DNA from: an uncultured Candidatus Poseidoniales archaeon
GTDB taxonomy: Archaea; Thermoplasmatota; Poseidoniia; Poseidoniales; Poseidoniaceae
Assembly (NCBI GenBank): GCA_902625885.1
Contig: CACODE010000006.1
Location: forward strand, 8,729-72,728
Reading direction: 5' to 3'
DNA: 64,000 nt
Shown: piece after piece, positions 55,880 through 63,813 of the stretch
Layout of the letters: each line of letters opens with the position of its first letter
Numbering within the stretch: position 1 is the first letter of the stretch
Notes under the pieces: generated by a model
What the model saw: only the letters and a program-made list of their open reading frames with translations
Told to the model about the DNA's origin: nothing
Databases searched by the model: none
Position numbers and translations under genes: made by a program

Positions 55880-58800
55880 ATGTTTGAATTGCCGAATGGA
55901 ACGCCTGTCACAGAACCGATCAACCTTGATGAGGGAACGCTGCAATCCTTCGCTCACGGCGTCATTTCAACGTTCATCGGACGAAGAAAGACCCCGGTTG
56001 GGCACCGACTTGTCAGAGCAGGACGCATTGTTGGCTACCTCGCCGAATCCGAAGAAAAGAACGTGCTGCTCGGAGGTGCCGAAGCAAAAACCGCTTTGGA
56101 AGCCGCAGAGACGGGACAAAAGGTGCGTCATCTTGCCTCTTCCTACACCATGGCTGGTTTGGGTGGCTTGGCCGATGTGGTCCCCGAAGCCTTCGTTCAT
56201 CAGGTTGACCGGCAGGGATTGAAATCAGGCACCAACGAGATTGAACGCTTGTTGGCTCGCGACCTCTCAACCGTGATTCGAACCATCACGGAAGACACGA
56301 CTGTTCGCGGAGCGATGGCCATCGACAGCGGCATGCTGATCGACCATGCTGGCGACCTCCCAGGGCTTGGTGATGAGGAACGCTTGGCGAGCGAACTTCA
56401 CGAATTGATGAGCAGCATGAAGGGGGAAAAAATGCACGAAGGTTGGGGCATGAAGGGCCAAAGTCACTGGACCCTCCACACAGATAACGGTGCCCTCCTT
56501 CTTGCCCAAAGCGGTGAGATTTCCCTTGCTGTTTGGACCGAGAAAGGGGCCAACCACGCCAGGTTGTTGTCCGCCGCTTCCATCAGCCTGGAGGGCGATA
56601 TCGTCGCTGCTGGGGCGCACGGTGCGAAATTGCCAGAGGGTTTTGCCCTTCGAGAGGGCCGTGGAGGGGCCGACGCTGTTGTTTCGTTTCTCAAGGCCGG
56701 CGTTGATGAAAACGTCACCGGCCACATCCAATCAGGCTCAGGCAACAAAGCCGCGTCCCTCATTCTTTCAAAAGGGGTGCCGGTCGCGCTCTGGGCACCT
56801 TCCTGCGACAATGAACAGGAGGCCATGCTCGCCCTTACGGAAGGGAAACGCAAAGTGAAACTCCTGCGCTTCCCTGCAGGCACCATCGTGTCGGCCAAAT
56901 CGGGCACCGTGGAAGGTTTCACGATTTCAGGCTTCATTCAATCGCTCTCAACGGTACGAACCCGTTCGGAAGCCCGACAGGCCTCCTTGAAGGCGCTTCT
57001 TGATGACCTTCTTGGTTTTGAAGCGGGTCTGGAAGCCCTGCGCCACGCACGGTCGAAAATGAAATTCAAGTCCGACGGTGCGGACGTTGCCGAACCGCTG
57101 CCCGTCATGCGAGACGAAGCGGTGGCTGCTGTTGATGCAGGTCTGCGCCGAAAACTCAACAAGGCCGAACGGGCCATTGATGAATTGAACAACGAAAAAG
57201 CCGTCCTCAACGCACAGATCAAGGCTTTGGAAAAGAAGAGAGAAGCAGCGCAAGTTGTGGCAAGAGAGGCTGCTGAATCACGGAAAGAAAACACCACGGC
57301 ACTGGAGGACGCCAATGCCCAACTCAACACCATGCAGGTCGACCTGGCACAAGCCCGAGGGCAATGGGAAGAGGCGGAATCCCGCGCAGAACGTTTGGTC
57401 CGACGGGTCAACGAGTTGGAACATCAAGTCAGTGAGAGAGCTGCTGAACTTGCCAAAGCCATCGGCGAGGCTGAGAGCAGCGCCGAGTTGCAAACCATGA
57501 TCGAAGAGCTCGCTTTGAAAGAAGCCGAACTGCAGGCCAATCTCGCTGAAGGAAGCGAACGCCTGAGCACCATCAGGAAACAAAGCGAGGACGAAGAACG
57601 CCGACTCAGGGTGTTGAGCGAGCAGGTGAACACCAGTCGTGAACGTCATGCGAGAGCTCAGGAAGATTTGATCGCTGTTCAGGAACAAGTGAACGTCAGC
57701 AACTTGGAGCTTGAATCGGCACGCTCCGAAGAAAAGCACGCTCGCCGGCGAACCGAAGAGGATCGCCTGCGTCGAGCAGAAGACGAAGCCCGCAGAACCA
57801 ACACCCAAGCGGAATTGCGGGAATTGATGGAAGAAAGGCGCCAGATCCTGCGGGAACTGGGTGATTTGGGGGCCAGAAGAGGCCATGCAGAAGCGGAATT
57901 GGCTTCGCTGGTGGACAAAGCGACTTCGCTGGCAGAGGCCCATGAAGAAGCGCTTTCCGATATTCAAGAGGCGGAGCGACTTCGCGCCCGTCTCGCCGAA
58001 GAACCGCTTGCTCAGGCTCTTTTGGACGACAACAACACCTTCCAAGGCCTCGGTCCCGTTTTGGAACGTTTGGAACATGCTCGAAGCCTTGGCTATTCCG
58101 TGACCATGCTTGACCGAGCCGTCGAAAGGGCCCTGCAAGTCATCCAAGGAACGGTCGATCATGTTGCTGCAACGCCACGTCATCTTTTGTCGTCGGAGGT
58201 CATGACGCTGCTCGAACGGCAAGTACCCCAAACAGCAGGTGCCGTCCGCGGTTTAGCAAGATGGTCGGTTCAACAACGGCTCGAACAACAACTTGGCGAA
58301 ACCGTCAATCATGTGGTGGTGGATTTGGAACACCTTTTGGAGGATTTCGACCGTTCCATCACGATGCTTCGTCGCATTCGAAACGTGCTTGAGCAGGTGG
58401 AGCGCCTCGGTGCACCTTCGCACGAAGTGCATGCCCTGCTGGCCAATTGTCAGCGTCCAGAAGCCCTTCCAAGCTTGGCTCTGGGCACCCGAAAACTCAT
58501 TCAGGTGGCGTTGGACGACATCTATCTTGAAGCCGACCAGCGGGACGCTGGGGAGGCAATAGGTCTGGAAGAGACCGCCCGAGTCTTGGAGGAATTGATC
58601 ACACAACTTGACGCCTCGGGATTGACAGATGGCCGTCCAAGAGGCATGATGTGGGATTTCCAACGCGACGGTTTGCTTCCGTTTGAGCGGGAATCCATTC
58701 CTAAGCAACAGCGAATACCGGTTGACGAAACCATGCTCAGCGACATGGAACCTCACCTTGTCCAGGGAGATATCGCCGAGCCCATCGTGTCCACCACGGT

Positions 58801-59062
58801 AGAGGATACCGATGAAGAGGGTTGGTCGCCGTTGCCCCCGCCGGCTGAAGAATTGGAAACACCCGTGTCGGCCGACCCTGCAGGCATCACGGCCGACTCG
58901 CTCACGGCACTGGAGGATGAACGCGCCCAACTGGAGGCTGAACTGGCTCGCCTTGATGCAGAGCATCGTCACCGCCTCCATCACACGACCACACCTGCCA
59001 CCACGTCCACGGATTCAGCGCTCGCCGATCTTGAATCGCGTCTTTCCGATGTAGAATTTTGA
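55880..59062 (+). CDS. giant multidomain protein: two PATAN/DUF4388-like segments, Roadblock-like domain, long coiled coil, acidic tail
   Basis: 1060 aa, with an AGGTGA SD 7 nt upstream overlapping the previous stop. Residues ~125-230 are Roadblock-like (VRGAMAIDSGMLIDHAGDLPG...GALLLAQSGEISLAVWTE). Residues ~18-85 and ~262-331 resemble DUF4388/PATAN (RAGRIVGYLAES...LLGGAEAKTALEAA; NKAASLILSKGVPVALWAP...EQEAMLALTEGKRKVKLLRF). Residues ~415-710 are heptad-like and E/R/A/L/Q-rich. No P-loop is seen. Confidence 0.6.
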   Translation: MFELPNGTPVTEPINLDEGTLQSFAHGVISTFIGRRKTPVGHRLVRAGRIVGYLAESEEKNVLLGGAEAKTALEAAETGQKVRHLASSYTMAGLGGLADVVPEAFVHQVDRQGLKSGTNEIERLLARDLSTVIRTITEDTTVRGAMAIDSGMLIDHAGDLPGLGDEERLASELHELMSSMKGEKMHEGWGMKGQSHWTLHTDNGALLLAQSGEISLAVWTEKGANHARLLSAASISLEGDIVAAGAHGAKLPEGFALREGRGGADAVVSFLKAGVDENVTGHIQSGSGNKAASLILSKGVPVALWAPSCDNEQEAMLALTEGKRKVKLLRFPAGTIVSAKSGTVEGFTISGFIQSLSTVRTRSEARQASLKALLDDLLGFEAGLEALRHARSKMKFKSDGADVAEPLPVMRDEAVAAVDAGLRRKLNKAERAIDELNNEKAVLNAQIKALEKKREAAQVVAREAAESRKENTTALEDANAQLNTMQVDLAQARGQWEEAESRAERLVRRVNELEHQVSERAAELAKAIGEAESSAELQTMIEELALKEAELQANLAEGSERLSTIRKQSEDEERRLRVLSEQVNTSRERHARAQEDLIAVQEQVNVSNLELESARSEEKHARRRTEEDRLRRAEDEARRTNTQAELRELMEERRQILRELGDLGARRGHAEAELASLVDKATSLAEAHEEALSDIQEAERLRARLAEEPLAQALLDDNNTFQGLGPVLERLEHARSLGYSVTMLDRAVERALQVIQGTVDHVAATPRHLLSSEVMTLLERQVPQTAGAVRGLARWSVQQRLEQQLGETVNHVVVDLEHLLEDFDRSITMLRRIRNVLEQVERLGAPSHEVHALLANCQRPEALPSLALGTRKLIQVALDDIYLEADQRDAGEAIGLEETARVLEELITQLDASGLTDGRPRGMMWDFQRDGLLPFERESIPKQQRIPVDETMLSDMEPHLVQGDIAEPIVSTTVEDTDEEGWSPLPPPAEELETPVSADPAGITADSLTALEDERAQLEAELARLDAEHRHRLHHTTTPATTSTDSALADLESRLSDVEF

Positions 59063-59316
59063 TGATGGTCATGTCAGAAGAGACGACCACATTGATGGGC
59101 CGAGAAGAGGTTCAGGGCGGTCGCTATCCGTTGTGGATTGAAAGGGTGCTTTTCCTGGCCGCCCTTCTGCTCTTCATCTTTTACAGTACCGCAGCTGTTG
59201 AGGCGGTTGGGCATTCCATCATTGGCCCGTTGGTGGGTTACGTTGTGTTCCCACTTTGCTTGCTGGCCGGTGCTGAATTGTTGGGTCGCTTTGCACAGGG
59301 CATGCTGAGTTCATAA
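59062..59316 (+). CDS. small 2-TM membrane protein
   Basis: 84 aa from ATG 59062, which overlaps the giant gene's stop (TGATG). It has two hydrophobic helices (VLFLAALLLFIFYSTAAV; LVGYVVFPLCLLAGAELL). Confidence 0.45.
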   Translation: MMVMSEETTTLMGREEVQGGRYPLWIERVLFLAALLLFIFYSTAAVEAVGHSIIGPLVGYVVFPLCLLAGAELLGRFAQGMLSS

Positions 59317-60528
59317 TTGGATGAAATCCTTTTGCTCCGGTTCAACCGGAAGCCTGTTGGTTTTGGATTGTATGAAACCAATGACCCTTTGCCATGGAAT
59401 GAAGAAGCGAAGAACGGCCATGATGCTTAGGAAGAGCAAGGCAGAGATGACCAGGCCGTAGGTGAGCGTCAACTCGATGGATTCAGAAACCTGACCTGCC
59501 CATTGGCTGCCTGTTGTGTCTGAAACAATGGTCAACAGCACCTTGTGGAAGCCAAGGGCGACCATCGTGGCCAACCCGGTGAGGCCCAAAAACAAGAACG
59601 TGTGACGAAGGTGCGTGTTGAGAACGTTATCCATTTGACGAACGTATTCGGGATCTCGCTTGCAGGATTCAGGCAGGCGGAAAGCGTACTCGAGGTTTCG
59701 GATAACGCCATAGCTCGCTTCCTGGAAGACCATGATGAGGACGGCGATGAGAATCAAATTGAACTGTTCTCGTGTCACCAAGTTGATGCCAAACAGACCA
59801 ATCGTGGGGTCTGAAGTTTGGCTTTCCAACGTCGCCAACGAACCGGCGTAGGCGCCGAGTTGGGACTTGATAAGCGGGAACGTTAGGATGGCGTGAATAC
59901 CCAAAAAGAGGAGCGTGAAACCGATGGCCCAGGCGATGGAACGACGAGATAGGCCCCAGATGCCACGCGTTCCCATGATCACCGGCAGCAGGTAGATGAA
60001 AAGAATGAGCAAAGACATGATCATCAACAGCGGCGTTTGCAACGTTTCCAACTCATCGTTGGTAGGGAAACGGAGTTCAAACGAAAACAACATGCCTGCG
60101 AACCACATCAACACCAAACGACCGATGAGCAGCATGATGAGGCCCAAAATGAAGGCGAGTTTGATGCGTTGTTGCACCTTCGGGGATTGAAAAGCAACGA
60201 GCGCCATCAGGCCTCCGAGCCCCAATCCCAGCACCAGAGGCACGAAAAAGCGGGCCATGCCGTCCCTGCCCTCACCGGTCAACCAGTCCCCCAGAGGAAG
60301 TTGGTCAGCAATGAGCAGTTCAATCGAGTCAAACACCATGGTGTGGTCAATGGAGCCAACAACGTACGTCGATACCACCTCGAGGTACATACCGATGAGG
60401 GCGACGGTGGCAATGACCTGAAGAGCGATGATTTGCCAGCGCCGGCGGAGCATCTTCAAATGGAGCGTACGAGGTTTCGCCACCCCGTCTAGGTAAACAT
60501 CGGATTGGAGACCTACTTCACCTGCCAA
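59311..60528 (-). CDS. hypothetical polytopic membrane protein (about 9-10 TM)
   Basis: 405 aa. The TTG start at 60528 has an AAGGGGGT SD 6 nt upstream and lies 1 nt after the DUF58 stop; an alternative ATG is at 60453. It is the last gene of the DUF4350-like/DUF58 operon. No family recognised. Confidence 0.5.
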   Translation of the reverse strand: MAGEVGLQSDVYLDGVAKPRTLHLKMLRRRWQIIALQVIATVALIGMYLEVVSTYVVGSIDHTMVFDSIELLIADQLPLGDWLTGEGRDGMARFFVPLVLGLGLGGLMALVAFQSPKVQQRIKLAFILGLIMLLIGRLVLMWFAGMLFSFELRFPTNDELETLQTPLLMIMSLLILFIYLLPVIMGTRGIWGLSRRSIAWAIGFTLLFLGIHAILTFPLIKSQLGAYAGSLATLESQTSDPTIGLFGINLVTREQFNLILIAVLIMVFQEASYGVIRNLEYAFRLPESCKRDPEYVRQMDNVLNTHLRHTFLFLGLTGLATMVALGFHKVLLTIVSDTTGSQWAGQVSESIELTLTYGLVISALLFLSIMAVLRFFIPWQRVIGFIQSKTNRLPVEPEQKDFIQL

Positions 60529-60529
60529 C

Positions 60530-61783
60530 TCAATACCCCCTTACCTGCATCAATGCCTGAGACAAATCCATGTCGGGCATCCAATCGATAACTTGCGCCC
60601 CAGATCCTGCCAAAGTCGTGAGCCGATTTTGGCGTTCAAGTTTGAGAACCTCGTAGGACATTCTTGGGATGCGGCTTACCAATCGCTCAAAGTCCACGCT
60701 CGACGGCGACAGAACCGTCACCTCATGACCGCGACCAACCAAATCTCGAACGGCGGCCGGCACCGTACCGTCCCCCTCACAAGAGGAGATGACGAAGACC
60801 GGGCTGCCTCGGCTAAATCGACCGCTTAGCGAGTTGGTGACGGCCTGCAAGGGCATGGTACCTTTCGGTCGGACGCCTGCAAGGGCGCTGAGGATTTTGA
60901 AATACTGCTTGTCCCCGGTATCGGGAGGTAGGTAGGAGAGTTTCTCGTCGTAGATGGCCAGAGCGACGGAGTCCCGGCGCTTGAGGAAGAACGCAGCGAG
61001 ACTCGCCGCTGAAACGGTACCCATCTCGAGCGGGTTCTTGAGAACGGTACCGATTCGTGCCAAGTCCCTGCTGTCCAATATGAGGTAAAGGTCCGTGACC
61101 GCATCTCGACATTTCTCGTTCACCATCAAATCGCCAGTTCGGGCAAAAGCCTTCCAGTTGATGTTCTTGAACGGGTCCCCGGGAACGTACTCTCGAAGCG
61201 AGTAAAACTCCGAGCCCTGTCCCGGTGTTCGCAGGGTGGTGGCGCCGGTGTACATTTTTGGCGTTCGGCTTCGAAGAAACGCTTCTTCGATGTCCTTGAT
61301 TTGCGGGAAGATAACGATGTCGCTGTGATGGTCGACGTACATGTCTTCAACGCCCAAATTGAAGGTGTTTCGCGCACGCAACGAAACGGGTCCAATGGAG
61401 TAGTGACCCCGAAGCGGACACCGGAGGACGTAGCGTATGCGTGCGCTTTCCCCCGGCTTCAGGTTGATTTGCATCTGGTTCAGGCCGCTTCGCAACTTCA
61501 TCTCATGGGGAATGTTGTCGTAGATGTCCAGCATTTGCGTCTTCCGATTGCTTCGGTTGGTGACTAAGAGTTCGACGTAAAGGTCGTCGCCCTTGTAGAG
61601 GTTGTCGGCCGAGAGCGTGCGTTGGACTTCGACATCACCATGACCAGAAATCCAGGAGTTGACAACGATGAACGCAATGAGCGTCAAACCGAGGATCATC
61701 ATCTGTTGATTGGAAATCATCATGCCGATGAGCACCAGTGCGATGCCGCCGGTGAATGTAAAGGAGGCTTTGCGTGTCCACAT
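60530..61783 (-). CDS. DUF58-family protein (vWA-like, usually MoxR-associated)
   Basis: It has two N-terminal TM helices, a beta-sandwich region, and the hallmark block LREYVPGDPFKNINWKAFARTGDLMVNE followed by LYLILDSRD. A GAGGTGA SD lies 4 nt upstream of ATG 61783. Confidence 0.75.
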   Translation of the reverse strand: MWTRKASFTFTGGIALVLIGMMISNQQMMILGLTLIAFIVVNSWISGHGDVEVQRTLSADNLYKGDDLYVELLVTNRSNRKTQMLDIYDNIPHEMKLRSGLNQMQINLKPGESARIRYVLRCPLRGHYSIGPVSLRARNTFNLGVEDMYVDHHSDIVIFPQIKDIEEAFLRSRTPKMYTGATTLRTPGQGSEFYSLREYVPGDPFKNINWKAFARTGDLMVNEKCRDAVTDLYLILDSRDLARIGTVLKNPLEMGTVSAASLAAFFLKRRDSVALAIYDEKLSYLPPDTGDKQYFKILSALAGVRPKGTMPLQAVTNSLSGRFSRGSPVFVISSCEGDGTVPAAVRDLVGRGHEVTVLSPSSVDFERLVSRIPRMSYEVLKLERQNRLTTLAGSGAQVIDWMPDMDLSQALMQVRGY

Positions 61784-61792
61784 GATTTCACC

Positions 61793-63412
61793 TCACTGGC
61801 GCCCCCACGCCTTGATGCGTTTCACCAGCGCAACGGTCTGTTCCAGGGTGTACTTGTTTCGTGTCTCCACGGCAAATTTAGCAAGCACGGGGTCGTTGAT
61901 CATCGCCAATAACTCGTTGGCCTTCATCGCTTGGAATTCTTCACGATTGAGCCCGTTTTGATTTCGAACTTTTGAGAGGAAGACCTGACGAATCTTGTCC
62001 ACCTTAGAATAATACGCATAACGATTGGCATCGCCAAACCCGTAGTAGATGATGCTGAACACATGCCGCCAAGGTTCGGGGTCGCGTTTCTTGATGAGAA
62101 CGGCTTCAAAGGTAATGAACAAGATCAGGAACAGGAGGAGCATCGCCAGCCCCTCGCCCGTGAAGTAGACCAGCAGGAAGTACACGGTGTTGTATGAATC
62201 CGCCATCAGGGCGCTTTGTGGATGCCGGGACTCATCAAAAATGACCATGGCGTTTTCAGCGGGCTGACCGGCTTCGTCGGCGAGTTCACTCATCAGGGCT
62301 TCAGCGATGAAGTCAAGCGCCCATTTTCTGTTGTGGTTGGCTGGAATCATGGCATCGGTGGGTCCGTATTTGCCTTCGTTGAAACCCTCCCAATCGTACA
62401 TGGCGTTGATGAGAACCGAACCGTCGGCAACAAACACGACCCGCCCGCCATCGCTAGGAGAGCAACTCGCTCGGGCGCAGGCCTCAATGCTCAAATTGAA
62501 TTGACCGAGTTTGTCAGGCGTTTCAGGCGTGATTTCGTTGCCCACCCAGATTTCACCGTCGCCGTTCATGTCAACCGTCGCTTCGCTACTGGTCAACGCC
62601 AGAATAGCCACCTCGGAAAGCGGCCCGCGCACACCTGGTATGACTTCAAGATCTGTGATGTTGTTGAGCAGCACCTGGTAGGTGCCGTTGTAGTTGATCT
62701 GCCCTCCCGAGATGTGTTCCCTGCACAACGGGGCCTCGTCAACGTCAAGACGTTGACCGTCCAATACGGAACACGGGTGTTCCCCGGGCCCACCAACATC
62801 GGCCCAACGTGGATGGGTGGAGAGTGTTGATGGGTCCAACTCCGTGCCGTCCATGCCACAAGGGTTGCTTTGGATGCACATCCAAATGTAATTTCGATCC
62901 AGTTCGTTCACGTAGGTTGGGTCCTCCACTCGATGACCCGTAAATTGAACACCGAAGGCTTCGGCGATGGTGTTGGCAAATCCGTAATCTTCCAGAATCA
63001 TGGCGGTTCCGCCGGCCTCAATAAATTCCACAATGGCGCTGATTTCGGAAGGCGAATAACCACTTCCTGAGGCGATGGTGATGAAACCGTCGTCGTCAAA
63101 CTGAGGAAGCGTGAGCGTGTCTCTTTCAACGCCCGCCAGGATGTAGGTCGTGTTACGAGGGTCCTCGATGTCGGCGAGCAGCAACGGGCTGCTTACCAGC
63201 GACCGTGTCTCAATACCCATGCTCTTGATGTCCTCGCGAAAGGCGGACATGTCGTTCCAATCGTCGTCGTAAGCCGAGAGTTGATTTGTGGCGCTCAGGT
63301 TGATGAAGTTCAGGAGGATGGTCATCAACAAAATGAACATCACCGCCCAAAACGACGCCTGAAGAGCAAGCCTTCGGACGTTGATGTTCAGAGATGAGCC
63401 CAACATGTGCAT
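61793..63412 (-). CDS. DUF4350-like membrane-anchored protein (tentative)
   Basis: It has an N-terminal TM (FWAVMFILLMTILLNFI) and a large extracytoplasmic domain with YILAGVERDTLTLP...AIVEFIEAGGTAMILEDYGFANTIAEAFGV, reminiscent of DUF4350/GldG-like proteins found in MoxR-DUF58 clusters. A second TM and a cytoplasmic helical tail follow. The first ATG is at 63412 (the track start at 63415 is GTG). Confidence 0.45.
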   Translation of the reverse strand: MHMLGSSLNINVRRLALQASFWAVMFILLMTILLNFINLSATNQLSAYDDDWNDMSAFREDIKSMGIETRSLVSSPLLLADIEDPRNTTYILAGVERDTLTLPQFDDDGFITIASGSGYSPSEISAIVEFIEAGGTAMILEDYGFANTIAEAFGVQFTGHRVEDPTYVNELDRNYIWMCIQSNPCGMDGTELDPSTLSTHPRWADVGGPGEHPCSVLDGQRLDVDEAPLCREHISGGQINYNGTYQVLLNNITDLEVIPGVRGPLSEVAILALTSSEATVDMNGDGEIWVGNEITPETPDKLGQFNLSIEACARASCSPSDGGRVVFVADGSVLINAMYDWEGFNEGKYGPTDAMIPANHNRKWALDFIAEALMSELADEAGQPAENAMVIFDESRHPQSALMADSYNTVYFLLVYFTGEGLAMLLLFLILFITFEAVLIKKRDPEPWRHVFSIIYYGFGDANRYAYYSKVDKIRQVFLSKVRNQNGLNREEFQAMKANELLAMINDPVLAKFAVETRNKYTLEQTVALVKRIKAWGRQ

Positions 63413-63466
63413 CACAAGGAATTGGTTCCTGTATGGGGAACGCTCGCTATTGACTTTAGAAGGTTG

Positions 63467-63485
63467 TCCAACTTGGTTGGAAAAA
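63467..63485. promoter_or_regulatory. palindrome TCCAAC-TTG-GTTGGA followed by AAAA (minus strand TTTTTCCAAC-CAA-GTTGGA)
   Basis: It has 6+6 nt perfect arms and lies 55-70 nt upstream of the DUF4350-like gene start. On the transcribed strand it begins with the same TTTTCCA half-site as the palindromes at 55280-55439. Confidence 0.4.
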
Positions 63486-63509
63486 TGCTCACGCGTGCTT
63501 CGTTTGCGG

Positions 63510-63749
63510 TCAAACGTTCAAATGAATGTTATCGGCAATGCGTGCCACCGCCGTTCCCGGTATTCGAACGGTGTTCTCGGTGTGCTCAAACGGAAGGGCA
63601 GAGGCGTTGACCGAAGCTTCTACTTCAACGAGAAGTTCACTGATGACGCCCGTGTTGAGGTCAAAGCTCAAATCGATGAGGGTGCCCATTGAGGCGCCGG
63701 TTCGGTCCAGAACGGTGTTTCCAAGGATTTCTCGACCGAATATCGCCAT
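63510..63749 (-). CDS. PRC-barrel domain protein
   Basis: 79 aa. GREILGNTVLDRTGASMGTLIDLSFDLNTGVISELLVE...VRIPGTAVARIADNIHL fits the small archaeal PRC-barrel pattern. A GGTGA SD lies 4 nt upstream of ATG 63749. Confidence 0.6.
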   Translation of the reverse strand: MAIFGREILGNTVLDRTGASMGTLIDLSFDLNTGVISELLVEVEASVNASALPFEHTENTVRIPGTAVARIADNIHLNV

Positions 63750-63813
63750 CCGCTCACCGCTCCCTGTGGTTGTTTGAACAGTGGAATCTCATCAATGCGT
63801 CGGTGATGGAACC

